Of a DNA stretch of 64,000 nucleotides, positions 51,320 through 63,920 are shown in pieces. The stretch is from NCBI RefSeq assembly GCF_006345805.1, contig NC_043000.1:74338001-74402000 (forward strand), read 5' to 3'. Position numbers and translations under genes: made by a program. Origin of the DNA: Octopus sinensis. Its lineage: Eukaryota. The notes beneath the pieces were generated by a model. It had not been told where the DNA came from. It ran no database searches and saw only the letters and a list, made by a program, of their open reading frames with translations. How positions within the stretch are numbered: position 1 is the stretch's first letter; every line of letters begins with the position of its first letter.

Positions 51320-53698
51320 GTTCTCGGTATTGTGCACGAGTGAGCTAAGTTATGCGGCCGGTTGATTGCCGGGGAGTAAGTCTGAGTACGACGAAGACCA
51401 CGAGTGTGTGTGTCCGTGTGTTATCGACGAGGCACGAAGCGGCGATTTTATGTGCCGAGTTCTCGGTATCGTGCACGAGTGCGCTAAGTTATGCGGCCGG
51501 TTGATTGCCGGGGAGTAAGTCTGAGTACGACGAAGACCACGTGTGTTATCGACGAGGCACGAAGTGGCGATTTTATGTGCCCGATATCGAAAGAACGCAC
51601 CTAAGCTCACGGTATCGCCCACGTACACGTGGACGTACCCGCGACCGATGCCGGAAGGATGTCACGAGATACACGCGGTCGATACAGCGACGTGGTCCGT
51701 CCTGTAAATTCCCGAAAGATGACAACTGCGGCCAGTGCAGGTATTGGTGGGCCTGCGCCAGTCGCGCGGAGCTCCGCCGCGCTACCGTTCCCGATCTAGT
51801 AAGGCTGAAGCGAACCTCACGGTTTCGCCCACGTGAACGTGGACGTAGGCGCGACCGATGCCGTCAGTCGCCGGGAGTGTGTGGCGATATGCAGCGGGTG
51901 AATACAGCGACGTGTTCCGACCCGTAAGCTGACGGATCGGCCTCGGCTGGATAGTCACGGTCTAGGTGACCGTCGCACCCCAAGGGGGTCAAGACTATAT
52001 TGAGGGCTTGCAGTCGGCAGGTGGATGTCTCAGGGATCGTTCGGCAGGATGCCCGAGACGTCAGCCCGGCGGGTGGCCGCCGCCTTCACACCACCCTGCA
52101 TTCTCCGTTCGTCCACGCGTCGCGGAGCCGCCAGCGGCAGGCCTGCTCCGGTCGCCCGTTACTCCGCCGCGCTACCATGCGCGATATTGCCCACATACGC
52201 GAGGACGTAGCCGCAACCGATGCCGGAAGGCGTTCACGAGATACACGCGGTCGATACGGCGACGTGGTCCGTCCCGTAAAATTCCGAAAGATGACAACTG
52301 CGGCTAGCACGAGGTGGAGGCAGGCCTGCGCCGGTCGCCCGTTGCTCCGCCGCGCTACCGTGCCCGAAATCGAAAGAACGAAACTAAGCGCGCGGCTTCG
52401 CCCACGAACGCATGGACGTAGCGAGATGCAGGCGCTTGATACGGCGACGTGGTCCGTCCCGTAAATTCCCGAAAGATGACAAACTGCGGCCAATGTAAGT
52501 AGGGGCTGCCTACGCCAGGCCTTCGACCGCAGCTCCGCCGCGTTACCGTGCCCGTAATCGAAAGAACGAACCTAAGCTCGCGTTATGTGGACGTAGGCGC
52601 GATCGATGCCGTCAGTCTCCGGAAGTGTGTGGAGATACGAACCGAGTAAATAGAGCGACGTGGTCCGACCCGTAAGGTTACGGGTCGGCCCCGGCTGGAT
52701 AGTCACGCTCTAGGTTACCGTCGCTGTAGGTTACCGTCGCACCCCAAGACTATATTGCGGGATCGTTCGGCAGCATGCTCGAGACGTCAGCCTAAGACGC
52801 CGTCAGCCCGGCGGGTGGCCGCCGCCTTCATGCCACCTTGCTTTCTCTGTTCGTCCACGCGCCGCGGGGCAGGCCTGCGCCGGTCGCCCGTTTCTCCGCC
52901 GCGCTACCGTGCCCGAAAACGAAAGAACGAACCTAAGCGTGCGGTATCGCCCACGTACGCGTGGACGTAGCCGCGACCGATGTCGCGAGATGCACGCGCG
53001 CGATACGGCGACGTGGTCCGCACCGTAAATTCCCGAAAGATGACAACTGCGGCCAGTAGAGCGAACCTAAGCTCGCGGTATGGCCCACGTACGCGTGGAT
53101 GTACCCGCGACCGATGACTGGAGTTCACGAGATACACGCGGTCGATACCGCGACGTGGTCCGTCCCGTAAAATCCCGAAAGATGACAACTGCGGCCAGTG
53201 CAGATACCAGCCGATAGCGGCGGGCATGCGCCCGCCTTCGACCGCAGCTCCGCCGCGCTACCATGAGGCTGAAGTGAGGCTGACCGCAGTCCGGACGCAG
53301 TTCGTCACAGCCGTTTCGAAAGGAGGAAGCGACCACCGACGCATAGGGCACCGGGCGAGTCTAAAAGCTGCAGCGGGCCCGCCCATCGCCACTGCCCCTC
53401 TCGTCTACCGCCTTAGTCGCTGGCCCGAAACCGGCCCCAATCGACCCGCACCGGGGCCGCTGCGGACGGAGCACAAACCGTTTTTTACTCCGCGAACGCT
53501 TCTTCGCGCGTTGTCTCGTTTGTTTTCGCCTCCCCAGCGTTGGATGAGGCGCGCATGTATACAAACGGCGGCCGAACTCATGAGCGCTCGCCTCTGTTTT
53601 CTGCCCGCCGATTCCTCTTCTCATTTTTTTCCAATCGGCGGCAGCGGCTGCTTCGCGAGCTTCCACCGCTGCCGCGCTTCGTTTCTAAACGTCGGTGA
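51320..53698 (+). other. rDNA intergenic spacer / 5' ETS with GC-rich subrepeats (copy 1)
   Basis: Lies between the 28S and 18S pieces; recurring 'gcgacgtggtccgtcccgtaaattcccgaaagatgacaactgcggcc' motif and two ~755 bp higher-order units; CpG-rich. Confidence 0.85.
52665..52761 (+). promoter_or_regulatory. Candidate RNA Pol I promoter/start (TATATTGCGGG at 52751), with a duplicate spacer-promoter-like copy (TATATTGAGGG at 51996)
   Basis: A TATA-like word followed by GGG in an otherwise GC-rich spacer, repeated once per long subrepeat, ~950 nt upstream of 18S; preceded by the dyad ccgacccgtaa-gg-ttacgggtcgg. Inferred by analogy to other invertebrate rDNA start sites. Confidence 0.4.
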
Positions 53699-53921
53699 TA
53701 CCTGGTTAATCCTGCCAGTAGTCATATGCTTGTCTCAAAGCTTATGCCATGCCGTAAACAAAGGGTGAAACTGCGAATGGCTCAGAAACCGGACCTAATC
53801 CTCGGGACCGTATTCTTCCACCGTTGTCGGCGCGTTCTCTGATGGCCCGGAGAAGACGACCGAACCCGATCGCTTAGAGGAAGTAAAAGTCGTAACAAGT
53901 TTTCCTGCGGAAGGATCATTA
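53699..53921 (+). pseudogene. Internally deleted 'mini-18S' rRNA, copy 1 (223 nt)
   Basis: TACCTGGTTAATCCTGCCAGTAGTCATATGCTTGTCTCAAAG..GAAACTGCGAATGGCTCA fused to ..TTAGAGGAAGTAAAAGTCGTAACAAG..TGCGGAAGGATCATTA. Confidence 0.92.
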
Positions 53922-55169
53922 GCGCCGTTTCTAAAAAAACGCCAACTTGCAATCCGCCCATTTCTCAAGTTTCAAATTAGTTGTTTAGTACTCATTTGTA
54001 ATATTTTGGCACATTTTGTTTTCTGAAAACTTATTATCAATCAGTGAAACCATAAGCGTTTGTTGCAAGTAAGCATAAAAATGCAGAAAATTACTAATTT
54101 TGAAATTGTTGAATCAAGATATGTACCCAAGAAATCTCTGAAATCACAAAAGCTTTCAGAAAGCAAGATGCACTAAAATATTTGCAAACAAACATGAAAT
54201 TTCTAGTAAATATATTATTCTAGTAAATAAATTATATTTACCCAAGAGATATAGACAAAAACTTATTATTATGCTGTAGACAAAAACTTATTATTAAATC
54301 ATTCTATACACAGTAAAACACGAATTGTGCCAAAAAATGTGCTTATTTGTTGTTAATATTTTTGCACATTTTGTTTTCTGAAAACTTTTGATATTTTAGT
54401 GATACATTTTTCAAACAAACTGTCAGAATATTGCAAATAAGAATAAAAAGTGAACAAAATATTTAATTGAAATTTATATTTTAGCAATTATTTGCAATAT
54501 TTTGACATTTAGTTTTATAAAAACTTTTGATATTTTAGTGGTCTTTTGGATAAAAATATAATATTATAATCAATCAAAATATTGCAAAGATATCAATAAA
54601 GAGATCACTGAAATCACAAAAGTTTTCAAAAAAAAAAAAGGTGCCAAAATATTGCAAATAAGAATAAAAAGTAAACAAAATTAACAATTGCACATAATTG
54701 CTAATTCGAATTTGTTATATTTTAATACTTATTTGACAAATTTGGTTTTCTGAAAACTTTTGTGATTTTAGTAATCGGATAGATATAATCTTTTTATGAA
54801 TCAAGATATTTTCCCAAGAGATCTCTGAAATCGGAATATATTGCAAATGTGCATGAAGAAGTAAAGAAAATGCCATTCATACTGATATATTTCTACAAAA
54901 ACCCAAGAGACAAAAACTTATCAATCAGTTAAACCATTGTATACAGAAAAACTTATTTTCAATGAGTATTATACATTTGTGTCATGACATTTTTTTGATA
55001 AAACTTTCATAACTTCTCAGTAAAAAGTCATGGAGCTCACTGAAACCAAAAAAATTTTCAGAAAACAAATTTTTTTACATTTTACATTTTCGAAATTTTT
55101 TTGACAGACACTTTTCATACTCATTTTTAAAAAACTTTTATACTAATAATCCCATATGCATTGCAAATA

Positions 55170-55910
55170 AAAACAGATATAGTTAGAGCTTTGCATAATA
55201 ATATTTAGGCACTTTGGTAAGAATAAATTTGGTCAATTACTTAACAATGGAACTGTTAGAATAGCATTACACATAATCTAGCCATTATCATCTCATCATT
55301 TAAATAACAGAAAGTTGAATTTAGATAGTAGTAATTTGCCTCTCTATAATCGTAGGAACTTTTGGAGCTAACGCCTTGCAAATCATGATGGTACCTGTAA
55401 GGAAAAATATTAATGTAATAGATGATACCACTACCACCAATACTATTACTATTGATAGGAATATCGCCAATAATGAGAAATCAAATCATTCGTTGAATTT
55501 GGGATTGGATAGTAAAAATAATTGTAACACTATTAATGGGAATAGTATTGCAGAAATTTTAGCCAATATTAGATTAATCCAACCTGTTGATAACTGTAAT
55601 TTCAGAAACAGAAATAAATGTGTGTTTGGTAATCAATGCCTCAAGAAAGAGGTAGTTTATCAATGCACTGGGGATACACAATTTAGCAGTAGGGTATACA
55701 TCAGAGCAACTATGAATACCATGAAACAGAGACTTAAATATCATGGGAACTCAAAAGTAAGAACTTAGATTTTAAATTAAATTGGAAAATAGTAACTTCT
55801 GCTCTCTATGTATTAATGAAATTTTTCATCATCAAAGTTGGTAGGCCTATTATTAATAATGATAATGAAAAAAATTTTTTTTGCATTTACAAACCACCGT
55901 ACACTTTCTC
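55170..55910 (+). mobile_element. Penelope-like GIY-YIG endonuclease relic, copy 1
   Basis: HFGKNKFGQLLNNGTVRI, CNFRNRNKCVFGNQCLKKEVVYQCT, VYIRATMNTMKQRLKYH, NWKIV, KFFII..FFCIYK. Confidence 0.75.
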
Positions 55911-57466
55911 TAGATTTAAATACAACTTAGCATTTCTACAAGTAATATTAGGGTTGCCTATGAAATTGTTATTTTTAGTAAAAGCCTTGTTCCTCCTCCA
56001 TCCCATGTTTACTATCTTGTCATGTTACCATAATGTCATATTATCATAATTATTGCGTATTATCATACCTACCATTAGTTTTGATATTATTGTGGATTTT
56101 AAATATAATTAAAGTATTTGTTAGCGATATTAAAAAATATAATTTTCATAAATTTTTGAGTTTGTTCATAATATCATTTTTCCAATAATAGTAATAACGA
56201 CCAAGTGTCTATTTATTTTACATGTAGAATTATATGTAGATATAATTCTACTTGTAAATTGAAAAAATTATTATAATTTAGATAATATAATAGATGAGAA
56301 GAATTATCGGAAGTTAAATATTAAAACTAAACTCTCTCAACATATGTTGAATAAAAGTTCAGCAGGTCAGCTGAATATTTGTGTGCATAAATATAAATTA
56401 AATTAGGATATTATTTGTAGTGCTAAACTATAGGGAGAAATAATTGACAAATTTAAGTACTTTTATATTAGATTTAAATGATAAATAAATAACTATACTA
56501 TAAATAAATTTCAACATATTTGATTTAATTACAAAATATTTACTTTAAATTTATAGTAACTATTCATTTGAATTCAATAAATTACTATTTTAAATATTTG
56601 TTGATGGTGAGATTAAAACGGGTTGAATGGTAATCTAATTATCAATCAGTTAAACAAAGAGATCACTGATATCACAAAATTTTTCGAGAAGAAAATGTGT
56701 CAAAATATTGCGATAAAACTGAAGAGAACGAAATATGGAATTAAAATTGCAAATAAATACAAATTTATTGTTGTTTAGTACTTATTTGTAATATTTTGGC
56801 ACATTTTAATTTCTTAAAACTTTTGATATTTTATTGATAAATATAATCTTAATATCAATTAATTAAACAAAGAGATCAATAAAATCACAAAACTTTTCAA
56901 AAAAAAAATTGTCGGCTGTGAATAAATTTGCGACCATAGTGTGTGTATGTGTTTGTGTATCTGTGTTTGTCCTCATTATATGTAAATATAATTATATATA
57001 TACCTTCTCAAATCACTAAAAAGTAATAAAATATTGCAAATATTGAAAAGATGTTAACTTATCACTGAAACCACAATAAAGATTTTAGTAATCACTTTGA
57101 TATATATAATCTTATAAATATAAAACTTTTCAGAAAAAAAATTTCAAAATATTGCAAATAAGAATAAAAATTTACAAAATAATTAATTTAAATTTATTTT
57201 TCAGCAATTATTTGCAATAGTTTGACTGAATTAGTTTTATAAAAACTTTTGATATTTGGATAAATATGAACTTATTCAATCAAAATATTGCAAAGATTAC
57301 ATGTTTACGAAAAAGATCACTGAAACCACAGGAGCTTATTGCAAATGAGCACAAAATTGCTAATTCAAAAATAGTTTTGCACATATTGTGTTCTTACTTA
57401 GATTTAATTGATCAATAAATAAATTATATTTTATAGATAAAAACTTGTTAAAACAATAATTATTAA

Positions 57467-58001
57467 AAATTTAAATTAGCAACTTTGTTCACTTTTTATG
57501 CTTATCTGCAATAAACTCATGTAATTTCAGTAAATTTGTAAATATAAGTTAACTAATTGATATCTTACATTTTATCACATTTTAGTTATATTATAAATAT
57601 CCAAAAAATAAATGCGTCAAAATATTGCAAATAAATGATGAATAATAACAACTTTCAAATTTTAATGATCGCTTTCTTTAGCTAATTGATAATAGTTATC
57701 ACTATAATATGAAAGCTTTTAGGAACCAAATTGTGCACAATTTGGTTCCTAAAAGCTTTGATATTATAGTGATAACTATTATCAATTAGCTAAAGAAAGC
57801 GATCATTAAAATTTGAAATTTATTATTCATCATTTATTTGCAATATTTTGACGCATTTATTTTTTGGATATTTATAATATAACTAAAATGTGATAAAATG
57901 TAAGATATCAATTAGTTAACTTATATTTACAAATTTTCTGAAATTACATGAGTTTATTGCAGATAAGCATAAAAAGTGAACAAAATTGCTAATTTAAATT
58001 T
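57467..58001. repeat. Spacer-less palindrome, ~270 bp arms
   Basis: Centre ggaaccaaattgtg|cacaatttggttcc at 57735/57736; arms match with about 3 substitutions and one short indel. Confidence 0.95.
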
Positions 58002-58199
58002 GTTACTATATTATTGTTACATTTTATCACATTTTAGTGATTTAATTGATTAAAATAAGATTATATTTATGTAAAAGACTACTAAAAAAAGTCAATTACA
58101 TATATTGTTTACTTTTTATTCTTATTTGCAATACAATATACAAATTGAAATTTGTTCAGTTTTACGTTTGTTTGCAATATTTTAGAATATCTTATTATT

Positions 58200-58430
58200 T
58201 TTAATATATGTATATAATATATACATATATATATATAAAATATATATATATTATATATATAATAAACACATATAATATATACATATATATAAAATGTATA
58301 TACATACATATATATTTAAAATCTGTATATAAAATTTATATATATCATATATATATATAATTATATATACATATATATACTATATACATATATATATATA
58401 TAATATATACCTATATATACATATACATAA
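58200..58430. repeat. Degenerate (TA)n array
   Basis: Directly visible. Confidence 0.9.
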
Positions 58431-59698
58431 GAGACTTCAATCTACCCAATGTCAGAGGGCCTTTCTCCCCCAGGAATGACAAGATGTGAACGAGGACAGG
58501 CGAGGTACCTCCTGAACCTCATCAACACCCTGTACATGGAGCAAGTAATACTCCAACCAACCAGAGCAGGTAACACACTGGATGTCTGCTTCACAAATAA
58601 AATGGATCTCATCCATAATATGAAAGTGACACCGACACTACTTTCGGATCACAACATGGTAGAGCTGACCATGTACGGGCCAAAAGAGAGCACGGACATG
58701 CAGCCTACAAGAAACCCTCAGAATCTTTCCAGCTTGAACTTCAATAAGGCAAACTGGAAACAAATTGAGAAAGAGATCCTCAAAAAAAACTGGCCTGAAG
58801 TCTCTCCTCGCCGGACATCGACATGATACTTCAACAATTCATGTCTGTAATGCAAGCCATATGCTACAAATGTGTCCCAGAGAGAAAGGCCACTGTACAC
58901 AAGAACAAAATCCCCAGAGAGAGGAAAATTTTAATGAGACAGCGTACAAAAATTTCAAATTGCCTAAACAAACAAATTGAAAGCAGTGAAAAGTCCCGCC
59001 TGAAAATAAAACTGTTGGAAATTGAAAATTGTCTGCAACTCTCCCATGAGAAGGAAAGAGCAGACAAAGAAGCCTGGGCTATAGACAACATAAAAACTAA
59101 CCCCAGAGCTTTCTACAGGTATGCCAAAGAAACAGCTACGGTGCACTGTAGGATAGGGCCACTCCTTGAAAAGGATGGCACACTCACAGGAAAACCAATG
59201 AGGGTAAGTGAAATACTGAATGAACAATTCAAGAGTGTTTTCACTCCACCCCTTGGGCATTTCCAACTCAGCAATCCAACTGACTTCTTTACCACTGCAG
59301 ATATAGAATCAGAGGCGGCGACGATAAATTATATCGATGTAATAAAGGCTATAGATGAAATGAAAATAGACTCAGCTATTGGCCCCGATGGATTCCCGGC
59401 AATCCTCCTAAAAGTATGTAAGAGAGTCTTAGCAAGACCACTGCAGTTCCTCTTTCAGAGCTTCCTTGCAGCTGGCAAACTTCCAAGGAAACTGAAGGAA
59501 GGTAAAATATGCTCTATTGATAAAGGAGGTAGCAGAGCGGAGGCCAAGAACTACAGACCTATCTCTCTGACCTCACATCAGCAAGGTCATGGAACGAATA
59601 GTCAGAAGGAAACTAATCACCTTCCTTGAAGAAAATGACTTGCTGCCTGACACCCAACATGGTTTCCGACCAGGAAGAAGCTGCTTAACTCAGCTCCA
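58431..59698 (+). mobile_element. CR1/L2-clade LINE ORF2 fragment truncated at both ends
   Basis: DFNLP, QPTRAGNTLDVCFTN, LSDHNMV, NFNKANW, IKTNPRAFYRY, SAIGPDGFP, NYRPISLTS, QHGFRPGRSCLTQL, then an abrupt join to IGS. Confidence 0.9.
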
Positions 59699-61568
59699 CA
59701 CGGTTTCGCGTACGTGAACGTGGACGTAGGCGCGACCGATGCCGTCAGTCGCCGGGAGTGTGTGGCGATATGCAGCGGGTGAATACAGCGACGTGTTCCG
59801 ACCCGTAAGCTGACGGATCGGCCCCGGCTGGATAGTCACGGTCTAGGTGACCGTCGCACCCCAAGGGGGTCAAGACTATATTGAGGGCTTGCAGTCGGCA
59901 GGTGGATGTCTCAGGGATCGTTCGGCAGGATGCCCGAGACGTCAGCCCGGTGGGTGGCCGCCGCCTTCACACCACCCTGCATTCTCCGTTCGTCCACGCG
60001 TCGCGGAGCCGCCAGCGGCAGGCCTGCTCCGGTCGCCCGTTACTCCGCCGCGCGCGATAAGGCGTTTACGAGATACACGCGGTCGATACGGCGACGTGGT
60101 CCGTCCCGTAAAATTCCGAAAGATGACAACTGCGGCTAGCACGAGGTGGAGGCAGGCCTGCGCCGGTCGCCCGTTGCTCCGCCGCGCTACCGTGCCCGAA
60201 ATCGAAAGAACGAAACTAAGCGCGCGGCTTCGCCCACGAACGCATGGACGTAGCGAGATGCAGGCGCTTGATACGGCGACGTGGTCCGTCCCGTAAATTC
60301 CCGAAAGATGACAACTGCGGCCAGTGTAAGTAGGGGCTGCCTACGCCAGGCCTTCGACCGCAGCTCCGCCGCGTTACCGTGCCCGTAATCGAAAGAACGA
60401 ACCTAAGCTCGCGTTATGTGGACGTAGGCGCGATCGATGCCGTCAGTCTCCGGAAGTGTGTGGAGATACGAACCGAGTAAATAGAGCGACGTGGTCCGAC
60501 CCGTAAGGTTACGGGTCGGCCCCGGCTGGATAGTCACGCTCTAGGTTACCGTCGCACCCCAAGTATATTGCGGGATCGTTCGGCAGCATGCTCGAGACGT
60601 CAGCCTAAGACGCCGTCAGCCCGGCGGGTGGCCGCCGCCTTCACGCCACCTTGCTTTCTCTGTTCGTCCACGCGCCGCGGGGCAGGCCTGCGCCGGTCGC
60701 CCGTTTCTCCGCCGCGCTACCGTGCCCGAAAACGAAAGAACGAACCTAAGCGTGCGGTATCGCCCACGTACGCGTGGACGTAGCCGCGACCGATGTCGCG
60801 AGATGCACGCGCGCGATACGGCGATGTGGTCCGCACCGTAAATTCCCGAAAGATGACAACTGCGGCCAGTATAAGTAGGGGCTGTCTTCGCCAGCAGCTC
60901 CGCCACGTTACCATGCCCGATATCGAAAGAGCGAACCTAAGCTCGCGGTATGGCCCACGTACGTGTGGATGTACCCGCGACCGATGACTGGAGTTCACGA
61001 GATACACGCGGTCGATACCGCGACGTGGTCCGTCCCGTAAAATCCCGAAAGATGACAACTGCGGCCAGTGCAGATACCAGCCGATAGCGGCGGGCATGCG
61101 CCCGCCTTCGACCGCAGCTCCGCCGCGCTACCATGAGGCTGAAGTGAGGCTGACCGCAGTCCGGACAAAGTTCGTCACAGCCGTTTCGAAAGGAGGAAGC
61201 GACCACCGACGCATAGGGCACCGGGTGAGTCTAAAAGCTGCAGCGGGCCCGCCCATCGCCGCTGCCCCTCTCGTCTGCCGCCTTAGTCGCTGGCCCGAAA
61301 CCGGCCCCAATCGACCCGCACCGGGGCCGCTGCGGACGGAGCACAAACCGTTTTTTACTCCGCGAACGCTTCTTCGCGCGTTGTCTCGTTTGTTTTCGCC
61401 TCCCCAGCGTTGGATGAGGCGCGCATGTATACAAACGGCGGCCGAACTCATGAGCGCTCACCTCTGTTTTCGGCCCGCCGATTCCTCTTCTTATTTTTTT
61501 CCAATCGGCGGCAGCGGCTGCTTCGCGAGCTTCCGCCGCTGCCGCGCTTCGTTTCTACACGTCGGTGA
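59699..61568 (+). other. rDNA IGS/5' ETS, copy 2
   Basis: Near-identical to 51818-53698 (offset ~7881); TATATTGAGGG at 59877, TATATTGCGGG at 60564. Confidence 0.9.
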
Positions 61569-61800
61569 TACCTGGTTAATCCTGCCTTGTCATATGCTTG
61601 TCTCAAAGCTTATGCCATGCCGTAAACAAAGGGTGAAACTGCGAATGGCTCAGAAACCGGACCTTATCCTCGGGACCGTATTCTTCCACCGTTGTCGGCG
61701 CGTTCTCTGATGGCCCGGAGAAGACGACCGAACCCGATCGCTTAGAGGAAGTAAAAGTCGTAACAAGTTTTCCGTAGGTGAACCTGCCGAAGGATCATTA
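61569..61800 (+). pseudogene. Internally deleted 'mini-18S' rRNA, copy 2 (232 nt)
   Basis: Same 5'/3' fusion as copy 1; retains TTTCCGTAGGTGAACCTGC.GAAGGATCATTA. Confidence 0.92.
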
Positions 61801-61849
61801 GCGCCGTTTCTAAAAAAACGCCAACTTGCGATCCGCCCATTTCTCAAGT

Positions 61850-63130
61850 TTCAAATTAGTTGTTGTTTAGTACTTATTTGTAATATTTTGGCACATTTTG
61901 TTTTCTGAAAACTTATTATCAATCAGTGAAACCATAAGCGTTTGTTGCAAGTAAGCATAAAAATGCAGAAAATTACTAATTTTGAAATTGTTGTATCAAG
62001 ATATTTACCCAAGAAATCTCTGAAATCGCAAAAGCTTTCAGAAAGCAAGATGCACTAAAATTTGCAAACAAACATGAAAAAATGAACATTTGCATTTATA
62101 CTGATCTATTTCTAGTAAATATATTATTGTAGTAAATAAATTATATTTACCCAAGAGATATAGACAAAAACTTATTATTATTGTGTAGACAAAAACTTAT
62201 TATTAAATCATTCTATACACAGTAAAACACGAATTGTGCCAAAAAGTGTGCTTATTTGTTGTTAATATTTTTGCACATTTTGTTTTCTGAAAACTTTTGA
62301 TATTTTAGTGATACATATAATTTTACTATCAACTAGTTAAACAAAGAGATCACTAAAATCACAAAAGTTTTCAAACAAACTGTCAGAATATTGCAAATAA
62401 GAATAAAAAGTGAACAATATATTTAATTGAAATTTATATTTTAGCAATTATTTGCAATATTTTGACATTTAGTTTTATAAAAACTTTTGATATTTTAGTG
62501 GTCTTTTGGATAAAAATATAATATTATAATCAATCAAAATATCACAAAGGTTTTCAAAAAACAAAATGTGCCAAAATATTGCAAATAAGTATAAAAAGTA
62601 AACAAAATTAACAATTGCACATAATTGCTAATTCGAATTTATTATATTTTAATACTTATTTGACAAATTTGGTTTTCTGAAAACTTTTGTGATTTTGGTA
62701 ATCGGTTAGATATGATCTTTTTATGAATCAAGATATTTTCCCAAGAGATCTCTGAAATAGGAATATATTGCAAATGTGCATGAAGAAGTAAAGAAAATGC
62801 CATTCATACTGATATATTTCTACAAAAAGTAAGATACAAAAACCCAAGAGACAAAAACTTATGAATCAGTTAAACCATTGTATACAGAAAAACTTATTTT
62901 CAATGAGTATTATACATTTGCGTCATGACATTTTTTTGATAAAACTTTCATAACTAAGTAATGGAGATCACTGAAACCAAAAAAATTTTCAGAAAACAAA
63001 ATGAGCGATGATATTGCTAACAAATAATACATTTTTTTTACATTTTACATTTTTGACATTTTTTTGACAGACACTTTTCATACTCATTTTTAAAAAACTT
63101 TTATACTAATAATCCCATATGCATTGCAAA
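61850..63130. repeat. AT-rich foldback-like modules, copy 2
   Basis: Collinear with 53970-55170 apart from reciprocal indels. Confidence 0.85.
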
Positions 63131-63920
63131 TAAAAACAGATATAGTTAGAGCTTTGCATAATGTAATATTTAGGCACTTTGGTAAGGGTAAGAATAAATT
63201 TGGTCAATTACTTAACAATGGAACTGTTAGAATAGCATTACACATAATCTAGCCATTATCATCTCATCATTTAATAACAGGAAACTGGCTTGCTTCTATA
63301 ATGACAGAAAGTTAAATTTAGATAATAGTAATTTGCCTCTCTATAATCGTAGGAACTTTTGGAGCTAACGCAAACAACCTTCTTGCAAATCATGATAGTA
63401 CCTGTAAGGAAAAATATTAATGTAATAGATGATACCACTACCACCAATACTATCGCCAATAATGACAAATCAAATCATTCGTTGAATTTGGGATTGGATA
63501 GTAAAAATAATTGTAACACTATTAATGGGAATAGTATTGCAGAAATTTTGGCCAATATTAGATTAATCCAACCTGTTGATAACTGTAATTTCAGAAACAG
63601 AAACAAATGTGTGTTTGGTAATCAATGCCTCAAAAAAGAGGGATACACAATTTAGCAGTAGGGTATACATCAGAGCAACTATGAATACCATGAAACAGAG
63701 ACTTAAATATCATAGATATACTTTTAGAAATAAAAATAGGATGTACTCTACGGGGTTAAGTGCGCATATTTGGGAACTCAAAAGTAAGAACTTAAATTGG
63801 AAAATAGTAACTTCTGCTCTCTATGTATTAATGAAATTTTTCATCATCAAAGTTGGTAGGCCTATTATTAATAATAATAATGAAAAAAACTTTTTTTGCA
63901 TTTATAAACTACCGTACACT
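63130..63920 (+). mobile_element. Penelope-like GIY-YIG relic, copy 2
   Basis: Same as copy 1, and retains HRYTFRNKNRMYSTGLSAHIWELKSKN, which copy 1 lacks. Confidence 0.78.

Larger units (their letters stand above)
53970..58200. repeat. AT-rich modular repeat in alternating orientations (foldback-like)
   Basis: Module gagatcactgaaatcacaaaagttttc..aaaatgtgccaaaatattgcaaataag and its reverse complement aatattttggcacattttgttttctgaaaacttttg recur many times. Confidence 0.75.

Noticed and set aside
50041-53768. Many 60-200 aa Arg/Ala/Pro-rich ORFs (also 59847-61847)
   Set aside because: Expected by-product of GC-rich rDNA and spacer with few stop codons; they overlap on both strands and show no domains.
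50082-53921. Functional rDNA unit
   Set aside because: 28S is truncated and seems to lack the sarcin-ricin loop, 18S is internally deleted, and 5.8S is absent.
56285-56325. Possible hammerhead relic downstream of the Penelope fragment (tagatgag..tcggaagtta)
   Set aside because: Too many core mismatches to support.
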